NCBI GenBank assembly: GCA_038087875.1
Contig: CM075989.1
Span: 6,696,001 to 6,758,000, forward strand
Length of the DNA: 62,000 nucleotides
Reading direction: 5' to 3'
DNA from: Malacoraja senta
Taxonomy: Eukaryota
Shown: piece by piece, positions 11,733 to 24,058 of the stretch
Layout: each line of letters starts with the position of its first letter
Position numbering within the stretch: position 1 is the first letter of the stretch
Program-made: the position numbers and the translations under genes
Notes under the pieces: model-generated
What the model saw: only the letters and a program-made list of their open reading frames with translations
Databases searched by the model: none
Told to the model about the DNA's origin: nothing

Positions 11733-12551
11733 GGGGCGCTGTCCTGTGTGCGGCTGCCCAGCCATCAGCTGTCTGTCTCTTCATCTTTTTATTTTGTATT
11801 TTAGTTAGTTACGTGTTTTGTTTGGAGGTCTATACTTTTTTGTGTGGGGGGGGGGAAGGGGGGAAACTACCTTTCAGGGTCCCTACCTGGTCGGAGAGGC
11901 AGCTTTTCTCCGGGCTGCAGCTTCGACCCGTCCTCGCGGCCTACCAGCCGGCCTGGAGCGGCGTTTCCTGTCGGGACCGCCCAGAACCTCGGCTTCGGCG
12001 GCGGCACAGCGCTGGAGCGCTGTCGCGGAGCGGCGATGAGCTGAGGTGAGCTGAGGATCGCTGGGGAAAACATCGCGGAGCTGCGGGACTGAGGAGCGAC
12101 CGGCTGTGGGTGGGCGGCACTGAACTTTACACCGGGAGCCTGGGATCTCTAGATGAGATCGCCAGTTGTGGAGCTCCAAACCGGCGCGGCCTTGTTGGCT
12201 TCGGAAGCCGCGGCCTCAAGTGCGGAAGCGGACGTTCCAGGTTCCCAAGCCGCTGGGAGGACTCTCCCGACGCCGGAGGAACATCACCCGGCTAGAACGG
12301 CCTGGAACATCGGGCCTCCGTAGAGGCAACTGTGGAGGCCTCAATGGGCCCGACTATGGTGTAACTGGGGTTGGGGACTGGACATTGTGCCTTCCCTCAT
12401 GGTGGGAGCCATTGTGGGGGGATGTTCTTTGTGTTAAGACTCTTATTGGTGTTATGTCTGTATTCTCTTCTTTTGTGTGCTGCATAATGGCAAGAAGCAT
12501 TTCACTTCACTACACCTGGGTGTATGTGAATGTGACTAATAAAATACCTTT
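11733..12551 (+). mobile_element. CpG-rich non-autonomous retroposon with a Rex1-like tail
   Basis: Flanked by GACCTG (11727-32 / 12552-57), splitting a Penelope repeat; the tail GCATTTCACT..GTGACTAATAAA resembles Rex1 3' ends. Confidence 0.7.
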
Positions 12552-15269
12552 GACCTGAAACGTCACCCATTCCTTCTATCCCGAGATGCTGCCTGTCCTG
12601 CTGAATTCCTCCAGAATTTTGTGTCGATCTTCGGTGGAGGAAATCAAAATCGGTTTTGTATCCTTTCCCTTCGAAAGTTCTTGTGCTGGCCGTAACATTT
12701 CAAAGCTGAGGTTGATGGACTTTTGTCATGGGAAGATATCTGTCATTCTGGGATTAAGACAGGTGAGTAAAGTCATGTTGCAGACCAATCTCGTTCAAAC
12801 GGCAAGGCAGAATGAGCTTGATTAGCTGAACTGTGACATCCTATTCCTAGTCCAACATTACTGTGTATGGTGGGTATGTGTTACCTCCAGAACCAGCTGG
12901 CTTGATCAATGCTGCACAGTAGCTCAGCTGTAGAGTTTTCCGCCTTGTGGTGCTGGAGACCCGGGTTCAATCTGACTACGGGTGCTGTCTGTACTGGGTT
13001 TGTAAGTTCTCCCCGCGACCACATGACCTTTCATCGGCTGCTCGGTTTCCTCCCACACTCCAAAGGCGTACAGGTTTGTAGGTGAATTGGCTTGGGTAAA
13101 ATTGTAAACTGTCCCTAGTGTGTAGGGTAGAACGAGTGTCCTGGGCGCTCACTGGTCGGTGAAGACACTGTGGCCGAAGGGCTGTTTCCACGCTGTATCA
13201 CTAAAGTCTAGAATGATACAGCATGGAAACAGGCCCCTCGACACAACTTGCCCAAACAGACCAACAAGTCCCATCTACACGGGCCCCACCTGCCCGCATT
13301 TGGCCCATATCCTTCTAAACCCGCCCTACCCAGATACCTGTCTATTGTTTCTTAACGTTGCAGTAGTTCCCTGCCTCAACTACCTCCTCCGGCAGCTCGT
13401 TCATACCCCTCTGCCTTGGTTAGTGTGAGCAGGTTACTCCTCAGATTCCTATTAAATCACCTTAAAATCCCTTCACCTTAAACCTTTGTCATCTGGCCCT
13501 CGATCCCCGACTCTGGGCAGAGACGCTGTGTTTCTCTAAAGTAAAGTTGTATTCCCAAGTCTGCTTCGGCGCAGAATCATCGAGAGGAGAATGTTGTTTG
13601 CCAGCTCCATTTGGTCTCCTTTCATGTCAAACTGGGCTTGTGAACTGCTTCATGCTTCCAGCTATTGCAATGGTAGAGTCGGTCTTATACAACATGAAAG
13701 TCTCGCGGTCTCCCTTCCTTGGATGCATCTTGCCTCACACTGTGGGCATTATCCAGCATTGTGTACATCCAGGCAGAGATAAGCTGAAACACTAACTGTG
13801 CAGCATTAGAAGAACATTGCGTTCTTTGAAGACGGGGTAAGATCCCAATATTTGATTTGGTTTGTTTATGCACAGCTATTCGTTGCGTTGCTCCGTTAAT
13901 TATCCTGTAAAGCTGCAGCAAGTCAGAAGTTGATTGACCTGGAACCAGCGCTCATAACAATTCCACTTGGCTCCAGACTCTTACCTCTGCCACTCCAAAT
14001 CTTCAACACTCATTAACGCAAAGCTTCAAACCCTGCGCTAAATCCATTCATTCAGAAAGGACACAGCTGGGAGGAATTATTGAGACAAAGAATTTACCTC
14101 GTGACGACTGTGCAAGAGGAGGCCATTCAGCTCATCGAGTCCGTGCCAGCTCCCAGCAGAGCTAACCCATCAGTCTCGTTCTCCTGCTACTGGTGCTCAC
14201 TCACTGCACATTGGTCCTTTACAACCTACCACACTAGTACAGTGGAGCTTTATCTATCACATATGCAGCTGCACAGTGAAATTATTTTTGCAAAGGTTAC
14301 ACATGCGGGCCCCGCCTCAACGGTGCCATTATTCAAAGTCCAAGACCGGTCGGCCCGCGCGCTCGATGTTCATAATAAGTACATAAGATCTAGGAGCAGA
14401 ATTAGGCCATTCGGCCCATCAAGTCTACTCTGTCATTCAATCTATCTTTATATCTGATCTATCTTTCCCTCTCAACCCCATTCTCCAGCCTTCGCCCCAT
14501 AACCCCTGGTCTGTACTAATCAAGACGTTGTCAGTCTCTGCCATAAGAACATACATTCACTTGGCCTCCACGACCGTCTGTGGCAAGTTCCCGCAAACCA
14601 GCGTCCATCTCCTCGCCCGGCCATCTTTGTGTCCGGGGGGGGGGGGGCTCCTGCAGCCAACCTTGATGGTGCTGGAGGCATTACCCCGGTTCACCTTCCC
14701 ACCGGTCCACTCCTAGTGCCTGATATCTTTAGCTCACTCCCGCCGAGCCTTCGGGCGTGTCCGCAGCCTGACGAGCCTCGGGGTCTTGCGGCCTAGGCAC
14801 TGCGGGACCACGGGGACAACTTACCGTAGTCAACCTAACAACTGGCACATCTGTGGGATGTGGAGAGGAACATCTTCAGAAGCCTATGTAGCCATGGAAT
14901 TAAACAAGCAATCTCCAGATACTGCCTGAGGTTAGGATCAAACCCAAGGGGTTGGAACCGTGAGAAAGCAGCACTACCTGCTGCACCCCCAGACCGACTC
15001 AAGGGATCATGCTCCCAGCAACTCTGCCTCCAACACTTCCTCCAGCAGCGCATTCTCAGTATTCACCTCTCTCCGGTGAAAAAGATAACTCTCAGATCCC
15101 CTCTCAGTCTCCAACCCAACATTGCCCCAAATCTAGAAAAAAAGCTTAAAATTACCTATATTGAATATCTTTGAAGGTTTCATCATTTCAACTTTACAAA
15201 TCTTCACCCCATATCTTCACTAGCCAATTCCAAATCTTTAGGGGTGGCACAGCAGAGTTTGTACCTTCT

Positions 15270-15846
15270 GTAGATCACCTCCGCAAAGTCCTGGACAGGG
15301 CTCGTAAAATCAACTGCCCTCCCAGCTCTCTCTATGCCCCGCGCTCACAAGCCTCTTTCCCCTGCCTCGCCTGCCAGCGTGCCCGTTTCGCCTCGCTGTT
15401 CTCCTCCGTCACCGTTCGTTCCCCGCCCGGCTCTCCCACCTCTTTCCCTGACTCTGTCCCTTCTGCTCCTGCGGTTGAGGGGAATGCGGGTTGCGCACCC
15501 ACTCTGGCCGGTTGGTCAAGCCGCCTGTCCGTTACGGGGAGCTCGCTTAGCTGTGTTATGACACGATTAACTGTTCCCAGCGCGGTTTGTAATCCTAGCG
15601 TATGAGCCGTGGTCGCTCTGTGTATTGCCATGTTTTTGTTTCCAAGAGGAGGGATGTAGATCAGTGCATGTTCCTTTAACTTAGTGACCTCACCACTACT
15701 AACCACTCCCCATTGTCTCTCGTATAATTGTAAGGTCCCCAACCTCCAGCTCGCTCTCTAGCTCCAGTGATGACCACGGACAGCTATTGCATAGTGTGTG
15801 TTAGTGATTATAATAAACCATCAGTAAAAGACTCTGTGTAGGAACC
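15270..15846 (+). mobile_element. Gypsy-type LTR retrotransposon 3' end (pol tail, PPT, 3' LTR cut by the gap)
   Basis: VDHLRK motif; RTHSGRLVKPPVRYGELA* (15494-15550), typical of an integrase C-terminal tail. PPT AAGAGGAGGGA at 15644-15654 is followed by TGTAG; AATAAA at 15812. Confidence 0.65.
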
Positions 15847-16046
15847 NNNNNNNNNNNNNNNNNNNNNNNNNNNNNNNNNNNNNNNNNNNNNNNNNNNNNN
15901 NNNNNNNNNNNNNNNNNNNNNNNNNNNNNNNNNNNNNNNNNNNNNNNNNNNNNNNNNNNNNNNNNNNNNNNNNNNNNNNNNNNNNNNNNNNNNNNNNNNN
16001 NNNNNNNNNNNNNNNNNNNNNNNNNNNNNNNNNNNNNNNNNNNNNN
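15847..16046. other. Assembly gap (200 N)
   Basis: Run of n characters. Confidence 1.
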
Positions 16047-17220
16047 GTTAATAAAAAACAATATGCCATCAATGGCCATTTGAACCTGTCTTCCACATTT
16101 CTGAGAGAAAGTATAAACGGTGCGCTAACTATTTCATTTCTTTTTGGACTTTCAAATCTTTGGAAAATTTAATATCAGCTCTAAAAGGAATCTGATCATG
16201 CCAAAGCTTTACCAAATAAATCAGCATCTGAAAACTAGGTGGCACTAAATAAAATGAATATAGGAGCGTGTAAAATGGATATAAACTGATCAATCCTTGC
16301 AACCTTTGGTGAAAGGTTTTATTGCATCAATGATTTGCAATTTAGCTCCTTTTCATTGTCTTCATTAATGCTTTTGGATAATGAAAATGTTTCCATCTCC
16401 GATCGGCTATGACCCAGTATCGAATGGATTGTGTAAGAGAAACATTCAGATTTCCCCCATACATCACAAATTAACTTTAAAAAAAGGCTTGTTCCACATT
16501 TCCCCCCTGGTTTTACACTCTACGTCAATATTTAGTCGAATGCAGTCGAATTAGGTTTTCGTTACCTGATCCACTTTATACCTCGGAAACTTCAGCCATT
16601 TCTGCTCAACCTTCTCTACTCCAAGAACACAATCTCAGATGGTGTAATCATCACTTGTAATTTATCCTGTCTTATGTCGCTAATTTGTGAAGCTTCAAAG
16701 AAGGCTCCTGGGGTTTAAACAAACGTTGGCACATCTACTAAGGATAAGGGGGTGCAGCAGTAGAGTTGCGACCTTACAGTGCCAGAGACCTGAACTCGAT
16801 CCTGACTACTGGATGCTGTCTGTACAGAGTTTGTACGTTCTCCCTGTGACCTCGTGGGTTTTCTCCAGGTGCTCCGGTTTCCTCCCACATTCCGAAGACG
16901 TACAGGTTTGTAGATTAAATGGCTATGGTTAAAAAAAAAACTGTCCATTGTCCCGAGTGTAGAGGACAGTGTGGGATCGCTGGTCAGCACAGATTCGATG
17001 GGCCGAAGGGGCCTGCTTTCCCCACAGGAATCTTTAAATTAAACGAAACTAAAGGAAATGTGAAGGGAAGCATTCACGGACCAAAACTTTGAGCTCATTG
17101 CCAAAATTATAAGTTCATAAGTTATAAGTAGGCTCTTGAGAGTGATGTGGGCGCGCATACAGATTTCTAGAGCACTACTGCAAAGTACGTTAAAGTCTGT
17201 CTCAGCTCTTTCAAGATGAA

Positions 17221-17527
17221 GGGCAGCACGGTGGCGCAGCGGTAGAGTTGCTGCCTTACAGCTCCAGAGACCCGGGTTCGACCCTGGCCTCGGGAGCTGT
17301 CTGTACGGAGTTTGCACGTTCCCCTGTGGCCACGTGGGTTTCCTCCAGCTGCTCCGGTTTCCTCCCATATCATGCCAAAGATGTGCAGGTTTGCAGGTTA
17401 ATTGGCTTCTGTAAATTGCCCCCTCGGGTGTAGGATGGAACTAGTGTTGGGTTGATCGCTGGTCGGCATGGAATCGATGGGCCGAAGTGCCTGTTTCCAC
17501 CCTGTATCTTTAAACTAAAACTAAAAT
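17221..17527 (+). mobile_element. HE1-like V-SINE
   Basis: Same head, V-domain and tail; further copies at about 12912, 16745, 17655, 18460, 24990 and 26270. Confidence 0.85.
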
Positions 17528-19134
17528 GAAGCAGCAAATTCATTGACTTCTTATCGATTATAAAGTCATTGCCGTGTTCAGCCTTGTCATATGACAAACA
17601 AAGTGGATGTGTAAAGCTGTAAATATAAGGCTGTTGTGTTTCAGTGCCAGAGATTGGCACAGTGTTGTGGCTGGTACAGCTGCTGCCTCTCAGTAACAAA
17701 GACCTTCCTGAGCTGGAAGCTGACTGCGTAGAGTTTGCACGTTCTTCCCGTGACCGGGTGAGTTTCCTCCGGGTGCTCTGGTTTTCTCCCACATCGGAAA
17801 AATGTGCGGGGTTTGTAGGTTAATTAAATTACCCACTAACGGGTAAGGTGTGGATGAGAAAGTGGGGTAGCATGGAGCTGATGTGGGAACAGGTGAGCTA
17901 TGATCAGCAGGGGGGTGGGGGGTGGGCCAAAGGGCCAGTTTCCATGCTGTATCTCTAAACGAAACTAAATTCTGCTACGTGCAGAGGGATTTCAGGCGTA
18001 GTTTAGCCTTACAGGGAGTTCAGGGACAGACAGTTCTGCAGTTGGTAGCTCGACATGCTTGGGATTCGTTGCCGGGGATCTTTCCCACTTCACCTCCTGT
18101 GGGACGCGAGTCACTGCCAGAGTGGTTCGACCACAAAGCTATCAGTGGAGTTGCTGAAACCAAAATGGGGAGCCGGTGAAGCAGGAGGCACAGGCTGAAA
18201 GAGTTGAACAATGCGCTGCTCTTGGAGATAGCTGCAGAGGCACGAGCTGGAAAGCAAGAGGAGGTAGAAAGAAGCGAGGTCCACAGCCCAAGGCAGCAGG
18301 TTGGTGATGATGACAAATGGGTACTGAGGCGGAAGGCAGAACGGGTGACAATGTTCGGAGGCTGTCGAGACTCTGACCAGCCAATTAAAGTAGCTCTGAG
18401 GGCCACAGTGTGGATGCGATGCAGTGTGAGTGGAAGAAAGTTAAAGTGATTGCCTTTGTTGGCATGGTGAGGTTGTTACTGCCTTACAGCACTTACAGCG
18501 TCAGAGACCCAGTTCGATCCCGACTACGGGTGCTCTCTGTACGGAGTTTGTACCTTCTCCCCTCGACTGCGAGAGGTTTCTCCTTGATCTTTGGTTTTCT
18601 CGCACACTCTAAAGATGTACAGGTATGTAGGTTCATTGGCTTAGTATTAATGTCAATTGCCCCTAGTGTGTGTAGTGTAGGGTAAGGTTAATGTGCGGGG
18701 ATCGCTGGTCGGTGCGGACTTGTTGGGCTGAAGGGCCTGTTTCTGCACTGACCTCTAAACTAAACTAAACTATCAGACTGTTTTAAAGTGACCCGCATGA
18801 TGTGACCTTGTAGTACAGTCCTATTGATATAAATTTCCCAAATTGTGTGTAAAAGTGCCAGCAGAAAGTTAACATTTGTTTGATCCTCTGCACAATAGCA
18901 TTTTACTTTTGAAAGCATTTGACATTTATGTGAAAGGAAATAACTGGGTAACAATGTCAGCCAGTGTGTCGTTGTACATTGAGCATGATCCCCACCCTTC
19001 CCTTGTTTGACGCCGGTAGCGATGAACAAATCTTACTGGGCCTTGCGACGGAGACAGACCCTCAAGGACCAAGATTGTTCCCAAATCACATGGCGGGCTG
19101 GAGGACTGAGAGCGACACTTTCTTTCTTTATAAT

Positions 19135-19458
19135 TTTAGTTTCGTTTTTAGTTAGAGATACAGCGCAGAAACAGGCCTTCGGCCCACCGGGTCCACACTG
19201 ACCAGCGATCCCCGCACATTAACACTATCCTACACTCACTGGGGACAATTTTACACTTGTACCAAGCCAATTAGCCTACAAACCCGTACGTCTTTGGAGT
19301 GTGGGAGGAAACCGCGGATCTCAGAGAAAACCCACGTGGTCACAGGGAGAGCGGACAAACTCCGTACAGACAGCACCCGTAGTCGGGATGGAACCCGGGT
19401 CTCTGGTGCTGTAGGCGCTGTAAGGCAGCAACTCTACCGCTGCGCCACCGTGCTGGCC
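19135..19458 (-). mobile_element. HE1-like V-SINE
   Basis: Reverse-complement full copy. Confidence 0.85.
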
Positions 19459-19769
19459 CGTACATAATTACTATAGAGTAAAATGGTTAGCGGTGATTGA
19501 ATAGCAGGATCTTACAGTGCCAAGCTAAATGAACATAAAAACATTAAGAAATAGAAGAAAGAGTAGGCTATTTATTAGTCAGTAAGATCGTGGCTGATCT
19601 GCTTCAGTGCTTTTTATCCCCTGCACTAAGGTCATACACCTTGACCCCCTTAATATCTAAAAATGGATCCATTCCTTTCTTGATACACATCGTGAGTGAG
19701 GCGCAGAGATCAGTGTTGGGTTCTTTATCGTCATTTGTAGTAATGATTTGGTTAATAATCTAGGAGCCA

Positions 19770-20825
19770 TGATTAGTAAGTTGCTCGATGACACCAGAGT
19801 TGGTGCAGTGGGGAAGGTCGCCAAATTTTACAACAGGATGCAGATCAGTGGGGAAAATGAGCAGGAGAGTGGGAAATGGAATTGAAGCCAGACAGGTGGA
19901 GCGTGACGCGTTTTGGGAAATTAAACCAGGGCGGCACATACATAATGAATGGCAGGACCCTGGGGAGTGCTGATCAACAGAACGAACTTGGGGTACAAAT
20001 ACATTGTCCCCTAAAGGACAGGGAGGTAGGATGGTGAGGAAGGGACATAGCGTGCTTGCCTTCATCGGCAGATAAGAATTGGGATGTCATGCTCCCGTTG
20101 TGCAAGACATTTGCTTGGGCCGCACTTGGAGTATCTGGAGTGCTTTTCCGCTCACCACACTGCAGTGTGCAAGGATGTGATTAAGCTGGAGAAGGTGCAG
20201 AGAAGATTTGCGATGATGTTGATTGGATTGGAGGGTTTTCGGTTATCGTGACAGATTGGATAGGCTAGGTCTGTTTTCCATGGAGTGAAGGAGATTAAGA
20301 TGATAGTAGTATATAAAATGGTGAGAGGTTTAGGGAGAATAGAGAGCCAGTTTCTGTACCCATGGTCGGGAGGATTTAAGGTGAGAGGGAGGAGGTTTGA
20401 ATAGGATCTGAGGGGTAGGTTTTTTCACACAAAGAGTCGTTGGTATCTGGAATGAGTTACCAGAGGAAATGTTGGGGCAGGAACAATTCCGTTCCCGATG
20501 TTGGGGGAGTCCAGAACCAGGGGCCACAGTTTAAGAATAAGGGGTAAGCCATTTAGAACGGAGATGAGGAAATACTTTTTCACACAGAGAGTTGCGAGTC
20601 TGTGGAATTCTCTGCATCAGAGGGCGGTGGAGCCGGTTCTCTGGATGCTTTCAAGAGAGAGTTTAGATAGAGCTCTTGAAGATAGCGGAGTCAATGGGGT
20701 ATGGGGAGAAGGCAGGAACGGGGTACTGATTGTGGATGATCAGCCATGATCACATTGAATGGTGGTGCTAGGTCGAAGGGCCGAATGGCCTACTCCTGCA
20801 CCTATTGTCTATTGTCTATTGTCTA
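19770..20825 (+). mobile_element. Old CR1 ORF2 3' remnant with a younger CR1 3' end inserted (about 20490-20825)
   Basis: Degenerate RT C-terminal similarity; the younger piece reads MLGESRTRGHSLRIRGK and has a CTATTGT tail. Confidence 0.75.
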
Positions 20826-22460
20826 ATAACAATATATAGGAGGCATCTGGACAGATACATGAATGAGCAGGAGAACACAGGATAAGAAATGAATGATGGC
20901 AAGTGGAATTTGTATAGATGGGCATGTTGGTCAATGCAGACACAGTGAGGTGTGGAACTGGTTCCTGGGTTGTATAACTCTATGACACTCGGAATAGAAG
21001 CACAGTGACGACATTACCAGACGAGTAATCCAGAGATCCAGACTAAATGATCTGGCAATGCGAATTCAAATCCCACCGTGACAATGAGGAAAATTAAATC
21101 CAGTTAATAAACATATCCAGACTAAAAGAGCTTATCAATAATGGAACTGCAAGAATCTTGTAAAACACCGACAATGTTCACTGACGTCCTTCAAGGAAGG
21201 AAGTTTGGTGGACACAAAATGCTGGAGTTACTCAGCGGGTCAGGCAGCATCTCGGGAGAAAAGTCTGAAGAAGGGCCTCGACCCGAAACGTCGCCCATTC
21301 CATTTCTCCAGAGATGCTGCCTGACCCGCTGAGTTACTCCAGCATTTTGTATCTATCTTCAGTGTAAACCACTTCCTGCCTATACAAGGACGCTGGGTAT
21401 CCTTGCCTTGGCCTGTTCTTCACAGTTGTTTGGCATTCTCCAAAGAACCACACAATGGTACTAAGCTGTTAATGTGCAAAAACAGCACGAGTTCGATATG
21501 AGTCTGACGATGGGTCCCAATCCAAAATGTCGCCTGTCCATTGCTTCCCGAGATGCTGCCTGACCCATTGAGCACTTTGCAGCTGTGAAAAAACTGGACG
21601 TTTCTCTAGTATGCAGTGAAATCCTGAAGGACATTGAATCTGTACAACATCTCTTGCCCAGAGTTCTGCTCAAGATACCAGCATCTGCAGTCACTTGTGT
21701 CTCCAGCAGTTCAACATGGAGTCCCATCACTGCATTATGGTAGGGTATTGTAAGTGGTTCTTCTTAAAGAGAGCAGAGTCAGGGGATTTGGGGAGAAGGC
21801 AGGAATGGGGTACTGATTGGGGATGATCAGCCATGATCACATTGAATGGCGGTGCTGGCTAGAAGGGCCGATTGGCCTACTCCTGCACCTATTGTCTATT
21901 GCCTATTCTATAAACACTCACATCCCACAAAGGAACACAAATAAAGTTATCCCTATCATCACAAATCTTCAGATAGTTACACAGCACAATCCACATGGAA
22001 AGTTACGTCGACCTACTGTGATGTTGTCCAGACTCCATGTCCTTCATGTTTTTACCGCGTGCTGGAGAAACGTCCAGTTCTTTCAAAGGTGACCTGCTGC
22101 AAAGATCTCCATATTGATACAACAGAAATAATCTGTCATTGTCAGAGCTGGTAAATTAAATACAATATTAGTAGACGCCTGAAACAGGATGTGAGTGATG
22201 TTAGTTCGGGAGTGTGACAACACTATTCCATCCTGCGTTAGCTCCAGCTCCGCTGTGGCATTAATTTAAAAATCTCATTCCCTTCAAAACCTTCCATAGC
22301 CTCACCCCTCCATTTTGCTGCATTCTACTGCAGTCCTGCAATCCTCTGGGATCTTGGCCGTGGTCGCCTTTATGTACCTGCAGTGTATGCCTAACTTCCC
22401 ATCCACCAAGGTGAGTGTCCATACTTGCCAAGGCCCAAGTTGTGGAATGCCTTCAGTAAA

Positions 22461-22535
22461 CCTCTCCCTCTCCCTCTCCCTCTCCCTCTCCCTCTCCCTC
22501 TCCCTCTCCCTCTCCCTCTCCCTCTCCCTCTCCCT
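22461..22535. repeat. (CCTCTC)n microsatellite
   Basis: Perfect hexamer array. Confidence 0.95.
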
Positions 22536-22820
22536 GCTTTTCTATGTAAAATTATGTTCCATTGATCTTCTATAGGCCAACATCAAATGTTGTTCCATAA
22601 TGTTGAAGGCACTGCATAAATACATTGATAAACATAGAATGTAGAACTGTACACCACAGGAGTAGACCCTTCGGCCCACGATGTCTGTGCCGAAATTGAT
22701 GCCTAAAAGATAGTTGCCTACTCGTGATCATGCCCCTCCATGCCGTGCATATCCATGTGCCTATCCAATAGCCTCTTAGATACCACTATCACATCCGCCT
22801 CCACCATTTGCCCCTGGAGT

Positions 22821-23029
22821 GAGGGATCTAGTTTGGAGGGATCTAGTTTGGAGAGATCTAGTTTGGAGGAATATAGTTCAGAGGGATCTGGTTCAGAGGG
22901 ATCTAGTTCTGAGGGATCTGGTTCAGAGGGATCTGGTTCAGAGGGATCTAGTTCAGAGGGATCTAGTTCAGATCTGGTTCAGAGGGATCTAGTTCAGAGG
23001 GATCTAGTTCAGAGGGATCTGGTTCAGAG
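22821..23029. repeat. 15-bp minisatellite GAGGGATCT(A/G)GTTCA
   Basis: About 14 tandem units. Confidence 0.92.
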
Positions 23030-23055
23030 ACCTGGTGGATTCTCAGCTTTACCTT

Positions 23056-23396
23056 TAATAATAATAATAAATAGATGGGATTTATATAGCGCCTTTCTAA
23101 TACTCAAGGCGCTTTACATCGCATTATTCATTCACTCCTCAGTCACACTCGGTGGTGGTGAGCTACTTCTGTAGCCACAGCTGCCCTGGGGCAGACTGAC
23201 GGAAGCGTGGCTGCTAATCTGTGCCTACGGCCCCTCCGACCACCACCAATCACTCACACACATTCACACACAGGCAAAGGTGGGTGAAGTGTCTTGCCCA
23301 AGGACACAACGACAGTATGCACTCCAAGGGGGATTCGAACCGGCTACCTTCCGGTTGCCAGCCGAACACTTAGCCCCATTGCGCCATCTGTCGTCC
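23056..23396 (-). mobile_element. tRNA-derived SINE with a CORE-like body and L2-type tail
   Basis: Minus strand: A box TGGCGCAATGG, B box GGTTCGAATCC, then GTGTCCTTGGGCAAGACAC and tail GTAAAGCGCCTTGAG..AAAGGCGCTATATAAAT..(TTA)n. Confidence 0.85.
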
Positions 23397-23691
23397 TATG
23401 AGTTCTTCCTCCTGATACATCACCTCTTTCCTGGAAGTGCTGCCACATACTGTTATTCTTAACTCTACCTCATTCAGTTATTATGTTATTATACATCAAT
23501 TTTTATTTTTGCATGACTTCAGATAGCACTATGACCTTGCACCATTCTGCTGGTTTGCACTCGTCTTTGTACTTATTGTTTAGCTTAGTGTAGTTTATAT
23601 ATTATTGTCACGTGCATCGAGGTACAGTAGAGTAAAGCTTTCTCATTGCATGCTCTCCAGTCAGCGGAAAGACCAAAGATCCTTTTGAAGA

Positions 23692-24058
23692 GCAAGATCG
23701 ATCACTCGACGAAAAAGACGTAGTACGGTCATGGGCCGATTCATGGGTAATTTTCGGCCCCATTTCCGTAACCGGCTTCCGTCTCCGCACCAAAGATCCC
23801 ATAGCGGAGCAAAGATAACTAGTGCGGAGACGGAAGCCGGTTACGGAAGCATCCTCGTAAAAAATAAACGTTATTTGGGGTAAAATCTTCTCCTCATTTT
23901 CAGAATTTTAATTTTATTAACACAAACTGTTCCCCCGCAACGTTGATTACACTGCGAGTCGGGTCGGGTTACGGAACTTGGTGAAAAAAGGCCCACGTTC
24001 CGCTCCGTTGCGTACTACACGTCAGCCCATTGCATTTTGCAGGAGTGGTCTATCTTGC
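23692..24058. mobile_element. Unclassified non-autonomous DNA transposon / MITE
   Basis: Terminal IR GCAAGATCGATCACTC / GAGTGGTCTATCTTGC; internal ~26-bp inverted repeat at about 23765-23848. Confidence 0.6.

Noticed and set aside
17221..17295. tRNA-like sequences with A/B boxes (many copies)
   Set aside because: These are SINE heads that continue into the V-domain and CR1-like tail, not tRNA genes.
18000..18440. Possible host exon or ancient CR1 ORF1
   Set aside because: Stops in the frames examined and only vague similarity; cannot be assigned.
22740..23174. ORF with EGSSS repeats; array superficially CRISPR-like
   Set aside because: A 15-bp head-to-tail minisatellite with no spacers, no cas genes and a eukaryotic context.
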